A stretch of DNA of 64,000 bases from Octopus vulgaris. Lineage: Eukaryota. The notes under the pieces were generated by a model. The model did not search any database and was not told the DNA's origin. It saw nothing but the letters and a program-made list of their open reading frames with translations. Positions 25,893 to 39,590 of the stretch are shown in pieces. The translations under genes and the position numbers were made by a program. The stretch covers positions 78,926,001-78,990,000 of the forward strand of contig OX597814.1 of assembly GCA_951406725.2 (NCBI GenBank), written 5' to 3'. How positions within the stretch are numbered: the first letter of the stretch is position 1; every line of letters starts with the position of its first letter.

Positions 25893-26909
25893 CAGAAAAA
25901 GTAGGTATTATTGCCTTTACAAGGTGGAAAAAGTTGTCAACAACTTTCTCTGCCTTACAAGAGTAGTAATACCCAATTTCTCTGCTGTTTTAATGGTGAT
26001 ACTGCATTCGAAATACCACTTTCATGTCTGTATTGTATGATACACATTTGACGCTCTAAAACACAAATGTTTGTTTATATACATACATGATTGTTAAAGC
26101 TATACTTTAAGCAGAAGACCTAGCTAAACAGCCATCTGAATTTCTCCTTCTGGATGATCCCCACCCCCATTTTATAAAATAGCCACCCGCAGAGATATGT
26201 ACATTCATGTATCAGTACTCTCTAAAGGTCAGGTAGATAAAAAAAATTGAAGCATGATAAAGAGACTTTTGAATCACTATGCATTTAATTACTGAGAAAT
26301 AATTACATTCAGAGCCATATATATATAAATGAATAATGTAATATGGCTCGAGGGTGAGAAGCAATGCCCAGAAAATATGTAGATTTACATAAACACATGT
26401 ATTCAAATATGCACATAATAAACTGGCACATCGTCGTTGTTGTTGTCATCATCATCATCAACCTTGATTGTCGGTTTTCCATGCTGGCATGGGTTAGGCA
26501 GTTTGACCAGAACTGGCAAGCAGGAGAGCTGTGCCAGGTTCCAGTCTAATTTGGCTTGGTTTCTACAGCTGGATGCCCTTCCTAATACCAATCACTTTAC
26601 AGTGCGCGCTGGGTGCTTTGAAGTGTCACTGACCTGAGACATGTGTTGTATGTCTATGTATATACATCCAGATATACATGCAACTACGTGTTAATACATG
26701 TTTCTATTATACACATCAGTACAAAAAAGCATAAATTAGATAACTGGACATATCTAACTAGAAGAACCCACAAGAACTTAATTCTGAGCACACTGCTTCC
26801 TATAACAGAAACAGCTGTAAAGTAATGAAGTTAATTACATGATTCCTATACTTTTGTCATTAATTAACATTATGCTCTGTACTCAACTAATGCTTTATCT
26901 TTTTTACCT

Positions 26910-27280
26910 TTTAACTTGTTTCAGTCATTAGACTGCAGCCATGCAAGGGCATCACTTTGAGGAATTTGTAGTTGAATGAACTGACTCAGGTACTCATTTT
27001 TCTTTAAAGCCTTAGTAATTATTCTATCAGTGTCTTTTGCCAAACCATTAAATTACATGTACTTAAACACAGCAACACCGATTGTCAAACAATGATGGGA
27101 CACACACACAAAGACACACACACGACAGGTTTCTTTCATTTTCCATGTAGCAAACTCACCCACAAGGCTTTGGTTGGCCCGAGACTATAGTAGAAAATAC
27201 TTGTCCAAGGTGCCACATAGTAGGACTGAACCTGAAACCATGTGGTTCAGAAGCAAGCTTCTTACCACACAGACATGCCT
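26910..27280 (-). mobile_element. SINE family A
   Basis: Full-length diverged reverse complement of 25484-25892. Confidence 0.8.
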
Positions 27281-28782
27281 TAAAGTATATGTATATTGAG
27301 TTCTAACAACTAATTATTAGCAATGCTGATTAAATGAATAGGATGAGTGTTTTATTAGAATTATGGTCATGGAAAGGGTTAAATGTGGAGTAAGCTGTCA
27401 GTTCAAAAATATTTAGCAGTATTTAAAAGATTCACAGGAGACCCTACTTATAAGACAAATAGTGTTTGTTAAGAGAGATTTGAGTGATACTGGGGTCTGC
27501 TTAAGCATACTACATAGAACAAAATACCCTCTTGTTGATTTGCAACATTGATGATAGTGTATAAATATATTTTGGTTTTTGTTTGAAAGGCATTCCAGCT
27601 GAGACCATATCACTTTTCTTTTCTTTTTTTCTTCTTTTTCAGATACAAGTGTATCTAGGACTATATTATCCAATGAGTCATATGCTTTAGCAAATCAAAC
27701 ATCTACATTTATAGAGGCTTCCCTCATTGAGTTGATGGATGGTGGATTTAATGTGTGAGGGAAAAAGTGAAGAAGGAACTTTAACAGGTACTACTATGAT
27801 CAGACATACAATTTAAGCTATCACAAATATAACAGAGGATGGTGCAACAAACATGACCAACATCTTCATCACCGTTATCACTATCTCTATTACCGATTAA
27901 AATCCTCATCTTTAAAAACCAGTGTCTGTATTATATTTGCCAGCAGTAGCAGCAAAGTGCCACCACCACCGTCCTTATCAATTCTACCACCAAGTCTAAC
28001 TTCATGCTTACCATTATTACTATTACCACCACAACACATAGGGTTCTCTACCACAAACTCCCCCCCCCATCATCTTCATAGCCAGCAGCAGCAGCAAGCA
28101 ACAACATGTCAATCATAATTACTGCCAACTACAAATGCAGACCTTTCACTTCCACTGCCCCACCCCAGCTCTACCCACAGCACTACTCTAACATGTCAAC
28201 ATCATCATACCACAACACCTACTCTTCTAACACCATAGTCATATATACTCTTTTACTTGTTTCAGTCATTTGACTGTGGCCATGCTGGAGCACCGCCAAA
28301 GGCTATAGTAGAAAGCACTTGCCCAAGGCGCCATGCAGTGGAACTGAACCCAGGACCATGTGGTTGGGAAGCAAGCTTCTTACCACGTAGCCATGACCCC
28401 ACTTATGTTAAAAAAAGATAAAATGGATAATGTAATCTGAGGCACACTATACTTGAACATAAAGATATGTTCAAGTAACTTTGATCATGGTTCTTATTGA
28501 TCAGGTTTGCCTTTGGGTTAAATCAAAATGACTATCTTTTCTACTATATTCTCCACAACTCTTACACTTTTAAAATTTCTCGACCCCTCTCCACAAAAAA
28601 GTCCACCAGCATGAAGAGAATTCTTTACATAGGCACAGGTGTGGCTGCATTGTAAGAAGTTTGTTTCCCAACCTCATGGTTCTGGTTTCAGTCCCACTGC
28701 GAGGCACCTTGCACAAGTGTCATCTACTATAGCTTCGGCCTTGTGAGTGGATTTGGTAAATGGAAACTGAAAAAAGCATATG

Positions 28783-28817
<35 letters not shown>

Positions 28818-28825
28818 TATACATG

Positions 28826-29085
28826 CAGGGTGGTGCAAAAGTAGGTATACAGTTATGATAAAAAGAAAACATGTACAATACTCATATATTTTCATGAAAA
28901 AGAGTTACAATAAAAGTATCATTATAGTTATGATAAATATATTATTATGATTAATGACACTGAAAATATCGAAAATGATGCTAATTTAATGTGCTAATAA
29001 TTTTAATGATATTCTACAGTCATAATAAAATTTTAATGAATTATAACATTGATGTGATACTGTATATCTATTTTTGCACCACTTG
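28826..29085. mobile_element. Tc1/mariner-type MITE inserted in the microsatellite of a family A SINE
   Basis: TIRs cagggtggtgcaaaagtaggtatacag / ctgtatatctatttttgcaccacttg; host SINE halves at ~28631-28775 and ~29120-29345. Confidence 0.75.
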
Positions 29086-30178
29086 CATATATATATATAT
29101 ATATATGAATATGTGTGTGTGTCTGTAGGTGTCTCCCCCACCTCACCCACAACATAGCTTGATAACTAGTGTTGGTGTGTTTATGCCCCTGTAACTTAAC
29201 AGTTTGGCAAAACAAACTGATAGAATAAGGAGAGTACCAGGCTTAACAAAATTAAGTACCGGGATCAAAGGCTTTGACTAAAATGTCTTGAAGGTGGTGC
29301 CCCAGCATGGCCACAGTTTAATGACTGAAACAAATAAAAGATAAAATATTGTTGCCAGTCAGATTATCACCTCAGTTTCTATCAAAAGTAAGACACTCCA
29401 AGTGTAATCCCTAATAGAAATCCTCCATAATCAACAACAACCATGGTCACCACCACTGCCACTACCACCATGACCAGCATTGTTATCTTTAGAATGAGCT
29501 GCTTCTTACATAATTCAACCAACACACATATACACATATAAACACATTACCGCCACCCTAACCATCGCCTCACTATAATCAACAGCGCTACCAACATTTC
29601 TCCTTTTTATAATCATAAACCTTCTACTTGTTTCAGTTATCAAACTGCTGCCATGCTGAGGCACTGCCTTAAATGATGATAATGATGATGATGACAGCAC
29701 TGACATAGAGGTCATCATCAAAATCTTTTTTACAACTTCTGGGGCCAGTTCACTGATCTCTGTTGCATTTCGTGCATCCTCGAATGACAAAGTTCTTTTC
29801 TTTGTGAGGCTCATGCACTTGCGTATATCTTCCATCTTTTACTTGTTTCAGTCACTTGACTACAGCATCCTGGAAGCACTGCCCTGGAGGGTTTAGTTGA
29901 ACAAATCAACCCTAGTACTTATTTGTTTGAAGTTTTCTACCTATTCTATTAGTAATCTTTGCTGAACCACTAAGTTAAGTTACAGAGATGCAGACACAGC
30001 AACAGCAGTTATTAAGTGGTGGTGGTGGTGGTGGGACAAGCAAAAAACAAGACACATGCATACATACACACACACACACACACACACACATGCATAATGG
30101 GCTTTCACATAGTTTCCACAAACAAAATCCACTCACAAGGTATTGGTTAGTTTATGCAGTGGAACTGAACCTGGAAGT

Positions 30179-30432
30179 GGAGGCATGTGGCTTAGTGCTT
30201 AGGGGTGTTGGACTCATGATTGAAAGATTGTGGTTTCGATTCCTGGACTGGGCAACGTGCTGTGTTCTCAAGTAAAACATTTCATTTTGCATTGCTCCAG
30301 TCCCCTCAGCTGACAAAAATGAGTAATCCGGCAACAGACTGGCGTCCCATCCAGGTGGAGAATATATATGCCATGACACTGGGAATTTATGAGTTGGTAT
30401 AACTTGAAAAGGTAACTTTACCTTTTACCTTT
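30179..30432 (+). mobile_element. tRNA-derived SINE, family C (V-domain-like)
   Basis: tggcttagtg A box, ggtttcgattcc B box, gactggcgtcccatccagg motif, (tttacc)n tail. Confidence 0.65.
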
Positions 30433-30792
30433 ATGTAACTGAATCTGGAACCACAGCTCCTTAACTGTGAAGTTATGCCTGAACAATCTGTTGCCTTATC
30501 ACCAATTCCATGGCATGCGGTACTACTCACCATCACGAATTTCAGCAATGGCAACCAATTTCATTTAAAGCTGTCATCAAATTCAAATTTGTCGGAGCCA
30601 TGAGCAACATGTTTACCATTATTTCATACAATAAAACCACTTGGACCACAACATCAACAACAACTAAAATGTTCAAGTCCTAACAAGAGACATTCTACCA
30701 TTGTTTTCTCAACCAGTGTTTCCACCACCACCACCACCATTACCATCACTGTTATATCAGCTCCACTATATTCTCTCACACCACACTCATTC

Positions 30793-30832
<40 letters not shown>

Positions 30833-30835
<3 letters not shown>

Positions 30836-31357
30836 TATACACACATACATACTTACATACATACATGTATGCATATATACATATATATATATATAGACAC
30901 ACACACAAATATACACGTGTATTTATATATATAAATATATAGGTATACACACATACATACTTACATACATACATGTATGCATGTATACATATATATATAT
31001 ATAGACACACACACAAATATACACGTGTATTTATATATATATATATATATAGGTATACACACATACATACTTACATACATACATGTATGCATGTATACAT
31101 ATATATATATATAGACACACACACAAATATACACGTGTATTTATATATATATATATATATATAGGTATACACACATACATACTTACATACATACATGTAT
31201 GCATGTATACATATATATATATATAGACACACACACAAATATACACGTGTATTTATATATATATATATATAGGTATACACACATACATACTTACATACAT
31301 ACATGTATGCATGTATACATATATATATATATAGACACACACACAAATATACACGTG

Positions 31358-31380
<23 letters not shown>
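30833..31380. repeat. ~110-bp minisatellite x5 built from microsatellites
   Basis: Units begin aggtatacacacatacatacttac at 30833, 30941, 31051, 31163 and 31271. Confidence 0.95.
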
Positions 31381-31418
<38 letters not shown>

Positions 31419-32015
31419 ATATATATGTATGTATGTGTATATATATATCTTACCAGTGGCATTATGCTTCTTCTCCCTCATGTAAATCATCTATTTTCCT
31501 CCATGCAGCACACACATTATTTCAATAAAAGCAAACCCTAATATTTGATAAGCCTAAACCAAAACAAATATGTCAACAACATCAACAGCATTAACAATCA
31601 GAAATAAAAACCGACCACGTACAAAATAACAATTAAATAATAACAAGAAGAAAAAGAGAAACTAAAATAAAGCAGAAATATATATTAAAACATTGTGCTA
31701 TAGGCAAACAGTTTTGCACATCAATTGAGCTGGGATGGTGGTACTACATAGATCTGTGAGAATATGAGTGTTTTATGCCTGTTGTATCAAACTGTAATAT
31801 AGCACCATCAGCAAAGTGGTTTGTGGTTTACACAGGAGTGGAAACCAAGGAATGGACGCCAGGCAATATCATCATCATCGTTTAACGTCCGTTCTCCATG
31901 CTAGCATGGGTTATATATGTATATCTATACACAAACTTACATATACCTATGTGTGTGTCTGTATGTATATATATATGTGCGTGTGTGTATATATATATAT
32001 ATATATATACATACA

Positions 32016-32803
32016 CAGGGTGCAGTGAATATATTGCCCTCTAACATACGCAAAAATGAAAATAACACTGATATCTCATTTTAACAGATATATTTACCAA
32101 AATTACATAAAAATATCTTGAAATACTAAAGAGTAAATTTATTCAATAAAATCGCCATTGGCTTCAACCATAGCCTCTAGACGACTTCAGAATCTCCTGC
32201 AACTCTTCTAGATAGTCTCCTTGTTGAAGTTGGTGAATGCTGCTATAATCCTTGCCTGGTTTCTCGCAGTCTGGGGAGTTAGGTGGTTAGATGTTAGGGG
32301 TGATGTGATTGCAGAAATTGTCTGACAGCCATGACTGGGTTTTCCTGCTTGTGTGGCATGGTGCAGACTCCTGTTGCCAGACATAGGGTCTTCCACTGGC
32401 CACACTCTTGACCCAGGGCAGCGCTACCTCCTCTGGGCACTTGATGTAGGCCTCTGTGTTGAGTCTGAGCTGAAACTGTGTGGGAAGATGAATGGAAGCA
32501 TAACATTGCCATCACTAGTGATCATTCCAAACCCCAAGATGTTGACCGGATGTTTCATTTTTATCCCTCTCAGTTTTGGAGACACGACAAGCTAATGGTG
32601 TTTCTGTGTGTTCAGAGTTTCTGGCATGAATGCCAAGCAGTAGAGCATGCCGTTTCCAAATTTCTGGCAGAGTGAATTGTGTCATGGCACTGTTTTTCTC
32701 AAAGATGGTGCCCAGCTGACCTTTTTGTCAACTACTGTGTAGTCAACAAAATCAAAAACAATGTGCACGCCTGAAACAAAAATTAAAATGGTGACAAATT
32801 CAT
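32016..32803 (-). mobile_element. Tc1/mariner DD37D (maT-type) remnant
   Basis: cagggtg end; minus strand MTQFTLPEIWKRHA...ITSDGNVM...RPYVWQQESAPCH...PPNSPDC...EANGDFIE*. Confidence 0.85.
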
Positions 32804-32804
32804 A

Positions 32805-33402
32805 GTCACTTTAACATGGCTGTCTGTTTGAGCGGACTCTACTGTGATATTTTAACCCCAAGAGGACATCTCCTCTAGCTGGTTAATGATGCACAGCTGC
32901 ATCCAATAAAATTGCGAGCAGGAGAGCGAACCCCTACCATCTCCTAGCAACAGGACCAGTTGATGAGTCCTGGTTTTGGGTTATTTCTGCCACTCCTCAG
33001 TACTGGACATCTTGTCTGCTAAAAATGATAGCAGCTCGCTTCTGCACACAATATATATATCAAACAAACACACAATCACTGATTTTGCAACAAGCAAAAA
33101 TGCTAGTTCTAAAATCTCTCTAAGAGATCAATGCAGTAGTTGTACTGACAAGTAATAATCGAAGTCACTTTAACATGGCTGTCTGTTCGAGGACATCTCC
33201 TCTAGTTGGTTAATGATGCACTGCTGTATCCAATAAAATTGTGAGCAGGAAGTGAACCTCTACCATCTCTAAACCAGGACTGGACTACTGGTCCTGTTGC
33301 TAGGAGATGGTAGGGGTTTGCTCCCCTGCTCGCAATTTTATCAAGTGCAGCTATGCATTGTTAATCAGCTAGAGGAGATGCCCTCTTGGGGTTAAAAAAT
33401 CA
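32805..33402. mobile_element. Rearranged Penelope-like repeat (direct plus inverted copies)
   Basis: 32805-32945 recurs directly at 33163-33269 (with a deletion); ~32846-32975 recurs inverted at 33271-33402. Confidence 0.55.
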
Positions 33403-33404
33403 GA

Positions 33405-33493
33405 TATTAGCGCTTTCTCCCATTCTAGTGGGGTTTTCAAATCAAACTTAGTTTGATTTGAAAACCCCACTAGAATGGGAGAAAGCGCTAATA
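33405..33493. repeat. Perfect palindrome, 44-bp arms, 1-nt centre
   Basis: tattagcgctttctcccattctagtggggttttcaaatcaaact-T-agtttgatttgaaaaccccactagaatgggagaaagcgctaata. Confidence 0.97.
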
Positions 33494-33607
33494 CTTGATC
33501 TAAGTTATATGCTGTATAAAAAATGTAATATACAAATAAATATCTGTAAATATAAACCATCCGATTTTCTGAGTACCTCATTTCTTCTAATATATATATA
33601 TATATAT

Positions 33608-34593
33608 GTGGTGTGCAAGAGAGACGATTGCGCTGGTATGGTCATGTGGCGAGAATGGATGAAGATAGGTGTGTGAGAAAGTGCCAATCCCTAGCAGTTG
33701 AGGGAACCCGTGGAAGAGGTAGTCCCAGGAAAGCCTGGGACGAGGTGGTGAAGCACGACCTTCGAACTTTAGGTCTCACCATGGAAATGACTAGAGACCA
33801 AGACCTATGGAAGAATGCTGTGCGTGAGAAGACCCGGCAAGACTAGTGAAGCCATAACCCGTGGCCCCTACCTGGGACGTAGTCAGTCCACCTGTGCATA
33901 CCTTCCTTCTTGTGACACTTGTGAAGACCTGTTGAGGCAAGTGAAAATCAAAATCAAAATCAAAATCAAACCAAATCAAAATAGATGAACATCAATGGAA
34001 TTTGTATCTTTGTGGTACCAGTGCCGGTGGCACATAAGAAAACCATCCGAACGTGGCCGTAGCCAGTACTGCATCGACAGGCCTCCGTGCTGTGGGCACG
34101 TAACAAACACCATCCGAGCGTGGCCGTTCGCCAGCCTCGTCTGGCACCTGTGTCGGTGGCACATAAAAAACACCATCCGAGCATGGCCATCTGCCAGCCT
34201 CGTCTGGCACCTGTGTCGGTGGCACATAAAAAACACCATCCGAGAGTGGCTGTCTGCCAGCCTCGTCTGGCACCTGTGTCGGTGGCACATAAAAAACACC
34301 ATCCGAGCGTGGCTGTCTGCCAGCCTCGTCTGGCACCTGTGTCGGTGGCACATAAAAAACACCATCCAAGCGTGGCCGTTCGCCAGCCTCATCTGGCACC
34401 TGTATCGGTGGCACATAAAATCACCCACTACACTCTCGGAGTGGTTGGCGTTAGGAAGGGCATCCAGCTGTAGAAACACTGCCAGATCTGACTGGCCTGG
34501 TGCAGCCTTCGGGCTCCCCAGACCCCAGTTGAACCGTCCAACCCATGCTAGCATGGAAAGCGGACGTTAAACGATGATGATGATGATGATGAT
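33608..34593 (+). mobile_element. RTE LINE 3' fragment with 63-bp array
   Basis: Encodes VQERRLRWYGHV...KTRQD* (stop ends 33846); monomers at 34141/34204/34267/34330/34393; (GAT)n tail; TA flanks. Confidence 0.95.
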
Positions 34594-34719
34594 ATATATA
34601 TATATATCCTGGGGTTATATATAAGTCCTGGGATCGATTTGCTCGACTAAAGGCGGTGCTCCAGCATGGCCGCAGTCAAATGACTGAAACAAGTAAAAGA
34701 GTAAAAGAGAAAGAGAGAG

Positions 34720-34764
<45 letters not shown>

Positions 34765-36639
34765 TCATATACACTAGCGAAAATAAATTTAAGACCAATG
34801 ATAAAAGTTCTATTTCTTACAAAATATTTTGTTACTAACACCATACAAATTATTTTTATCCTTTACACCTTATGCAGAATTTATTTCTCTTTTGAATAAT
34901 GCAGACAATAACTATTTTTATACATGTTGAAGAATTCTAATGGGTCCACTGCATCGTATAGTAGGAACAGCTGTAAACAAATGGCGTTCATAAGATAATC
35001 AGTTATTCCTCAACACAATGGACTTCTTTCAGTTTCTGTCTGCCAAATCCACTTGCAATGGTTTGGTCAATCAGAGACATTGGTCAAAGCTGCCATACTG
35101 TGGTATTGAATTTGAAGCCATAAGGACAAGAAGCAAACTGGTCAACCACACAATGACAGCTGTGCATATGTGTATGTATGTATGTTTGTATATAAAAATT
35201 AGTTTCAAATTTTTGCACAAGGCCAGCAATTTAGTGGGAGGGGATAAGTCAATTACATATTTATTTAATTGATGCAAAAGGAATGAAAGGCAAAGTTGAC
35301 CTCAGTGGAATTTGAACACAGAACATAAAGATGGATGAAATACCACTAAGCATTTCAGCTCACCAATTTATGTTTGTATATAAACATTAACGAGGAAAAT
35401 GGAATAAGCGATTCATTTTATTGCATAATTCTACAATTATTTCATTTATATTTTACCAGATTATAACTGTAATATTATTATATAATATATGAAACAATAC
35501 ATTGTATCTGGATTATTTTACCAATGCTGGAAAATATTAATTTGTTAGGTTTAAGCATAAAATCAATTTGTTTGTATAAACGTATGCACCTTACTCTGTA
35601 TATTTGTATATGCGTGTGTGTATTTGCGCACATGTGTATTACACACAAGACACAATTATATTCTGTATGCCTCTGAAATATATACACATACATGCATGCA
35701 CATAATACATACATGGACATATGATAATGATGATGATGATGATGATGTTGATGAGGATGGATTATTTATCAGTACTGTCAATGTGCATTCATTACCTACT
35801 TACTTATTTCCTACTCATTAAATTAATGTGTAAGTGACTGAGTATTTTCAGACATGTAGAAAATATTTTCAAAGTATTTTCAGATTAAGTTAGCAGGCTT
35901 GAATGTGTGGCAAGAAATTTGCTTCCCAACCATATAGTTCTGGGTTTCGTCTTGCTGTGTGGTAACAGTCTTTAAAAAAACAATTACTGGGGTTGATTTG
36001 TTCAACTAAATCCTTCAAAGACGCTGTCCAATGGCTTGAAACAAGTAAATGACAACAGATGATGTGATATGTGACCAACCTTGACCATTACAGCTACAAT
36101 CTGCCCAACAACTCCCCACACTGATTTGAACAACTTACACTGACCTGCTTGGGGTGATGAAAATTCACAACACAGAACACTTGTGCAAGGTGCTACACAA
36201 TGGGACTGAACTCAAGATCATGTTGCTGGGAAGCAAACTGTTTAACCACTCAGTTATGCATATATCCACCACCACCCCGCCCACATCTTCATTATCATCA
36301 TCATTTGATGTCTCCCTTCTATGTTGGTACGGGCTGGACAGTTTGATAAGAGCTGATAAGCCAGAAGACTGTGCCAAGTCCTACTATCTACTTTGGCTTG
36401 CTTTCTATGGCTAGATGCTCTTTGTAATGCCAGCTACATTACAAAGTGGACTGGGTGCCTTTTATGTGGCACCAGCACTAGTGAGGTCACCAAGTAACTT
36501 GCAAGACAAGAGGTCCCCCAACTGAGAGTGGGGTGTAGTTTGAGGGAGGTGGTTTTGTGTCAGGGGATGAGAGGTTTGAGTATGAATAGAGGGACAGAAT
36601 TAGGTGTCTTGTAGTAGGAGATACATGGTTACATTAGTA

Positions 36640-37180
36640 GGAGAGAGAGGGGAGATAGTAGAAGAAGAGAGAAGAGACAGAAGAAAGTGGAAAGAGAAGA
36701 GACACAGAAGAGAGATAGTGGAGAGAGAGGAGAGAAAAAGGAGAGGGAGGAGAGAGATAGAGAAAAGATACTGGAGAGAAAGATAGTGGACAGAAATAGT
36801 GGAGTGAGAGACAAAGGAAGAGAGACAGAGGAGAGAGAGAGAGAGACAGAGAGGAGAGAGACAGAGGAGTGAGATAGTGGAGAGAGAGAGAGAGAGAGAG
36901 TGAAGAAATAGAGGATAGAGGAGAGAGATAGTAGAGAGAGAAAGAGAGAGAGAGAAGATGAAGGAGTACACAGAAAAAGGAGAGAGATAGAGGAAAGATA
37001 CTGGAGAGAGAGATAGTGAATAGAGAAAGATAGTGGAGTGAGAGATGGAGGAAGAGAGACAGAGGAGAGAGAGACAGAGAGGAGAGAGACAGAAGAGAGA
37101 GATAGTGGAGAGAGAGAGAGAGAGAGTGGAGAAATAGAGGATAGAGGAAAGAGATGAGAGAGAAGATGAAGGAGTACACA
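36640..37180. repeat. Polypurine (GA-rich) low-complexity tract
   Basis: About 540 bp almost purely A/G on +, with internal duplications. Confidence 0.9.
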
Positions 37181-38492
37181 CTCAAGTTAGAGGGAGATGT
37201 ACATAAGTGAAGTGGAACCAAGGATTGCATAGGTAAGTAGGAAATGAATAAGTAGATGAATATCATTTACGACAGTTTAGAAATAAATCCTGTAAATATA
37301 CACTCTAATGATGGGGTTAATAGCCTGGAAAATTATAACGACTCATCTCAGACATTTAGAAATAATGACTATCATTATGAGATGAATTAGCAGAACCAGT
37401 AGCAGGGCAGGGTAAATATTTGGTAGAATTTAGTCTCATTGTCTCTATGTTTCTGAGATCAAATCTCATGTGGCTTGATGTGTGCTCCTTACACATGAGT
37501 CAATTAAATGAATTTAAATGTCGACAGATTGATGTCAATGAGCTAAATCTTGATTCAAAATAAATGATACATCCAATGGGGATATAGCAGAGGTGTAATG
37601 ATTGTTAGTTGAAAATTGCCATTGTCTTTCGTTCCTTCAATGATTGATTCATTTATTGCTTCATTCACTTTTTCATTTATCCATTAATTCACTCATTTGT
37701 TCTTTCATTCATTCGTTTTTCTATTCATTCACTCATTCATTCTTTCATTCATTCATTCATTTATTTTCATTTAGTCATTGACCAATTCATTCATTTATTC
37801 TTTCATTCATTCACTCATTTGTTCTTTTGTTTTCATTCATTTATTAATTCGTTCATTTTTATTCATTCAATCATTCACTCATTTGTTTCTTCATTCATCC
37901 ATTCATTCACTCATTCATTCAGTCATTCACTCACACACACACATACAGATATATAGGGAGTTGGCTGAGTCGTTACAAGTAGCCAATAAAATGCCTTATA
38001 ATGTTCGATCCAGCTCCCTACACTCAAAGTTCAAATGCTTTTCAAGTCAACTTTGCCTTCCTAACTATTCAGAGTCAATAAATAAAGTACCACTCCAAGT
38101 ATTGGGTGGTCGATTCTTCTCATTTTCTCTCTCTTTTTCTTTCTGTGTACCGGTTTAGAGAAGGATGAGCTTTTCCAGATTTTAAAAAATGCCCAAGATA
38201 TACTATGCATCAAGCCTGCAGTCCTATGACAGCATTCAAAGTTGGTGGGAGGGGGTAAAAGCATACATGAACATATTTATGCATGCATACATACTCACTT
38301 ACACACCTCTACATTCTGAAGTAAAATCTAATTTGAGTTGGCTTTGTCTTTCATCATTCTGGGCCAATAAATGAACTGTTGTTGATTATAGTAGACTATG
38401 CCACTCTCCTGACATTTATGTGCTTGAGCTATTATCAGAAATCAATATTATTATTATTATTATTATTATTATTATCGTTATTATTATCACTA

Positions 38493-39365
38493 AGGTGGCA
38501 AGCTGGCAGAATCGTTGGCACGCTGGGCAAAATGCTTAGTGGCTTTCCATTCTTCTTTATGTTCTGAGTTAAAATTCTGCCGAGGTTGACTTTGTCTTTT
38601 ATCTTTATGGGATCGATGAAATAAACACCAGTTGAGCACTGGGGTTGATGTAACTAACTTACTCCAACCCCAAACTTGTTGGCCTCATGCCAAAATTTGA
38701 AATCAATATTATTATCATTATTACTAGGGCAGTGAGCTGGTTGTTAGCATGTTGAACAAAATGCTCCATGGTATTTACATTCTGAGTTCAAATTCCACCG
38801 AGGTCAACTTTGCCTTTCATCCTTTTAGGATCAATAAAATAAGTACCAGTTGAGCACTGGGGTTGATGTAATCAACTTACCCCTTCCTTTGAAATTGCTG
38901 AACTTGTGCCAAAATTTGAAACCAATAATTTTAGTACTAGGAAGGGCAATAACTCAGCAGAATTGGTAGAATAAACTATGGTCAAATTCCACAAATGGGG
39001 AGGGTATCAACTTGGTTGATAAAATAAGTCAGTCAAATTAATTTAATTGATTACTTCCTTCACCAAAAATGAGTGACCTTTAATCAAAATTAAAAAATTA
39101 TCATCCCTAATTAATTTATTATTATCATTATTACTATTATTCTTATTATTATCAAGGTGGCGACCTGGCAGAATTGTTAGCAAGCTGAAATGCTTAGCAG
39201 TATTTTGCCTGTCTTTACATTCTGAGTTCAACTTCTTCTGAGGTTAAGTTTGCCTTTCATCCTTTTGGGTCAATTAGATAAGTACCATTTAGGCAGTGAA
39301 GTTGATGTAATCGACTTAACCCCTCCTGCAAATTTCAGGCCTTGTGCCTGTAGTAGAAAGTATTA

Positions 39366-39405
<40 letters not shown>

Positions 39406-39590
39406 ACTGAAGATGGCAAGCTAAGAGAATCATTAGCACACTGGGTGAAATGCTTAGCGGCATTTCAAACATCTTTACATTCTGAATTCAAATTCCACCA
39501 AGGTTGACTTAATTGCTGCCCTTGTGGAAAAATTTGAAACTATTATCCCTCTCCAAAACTTCAAACTTTGTGCCTATAGTAGAAAGGATT
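38493..39590 (+). mobile_element. Cluster of four co-oriented family B SINEs separated by (ATT)n
   Basis: Heads at ~38493, ~38728, ~39155 and ~39415. Confidence 0.75.

Noticed and set aside
36600-37266. Ser/Leu-rich or Glu/Arg-rich proteins
   Set aside because: Translation of GA/TC low-complexity DNA.
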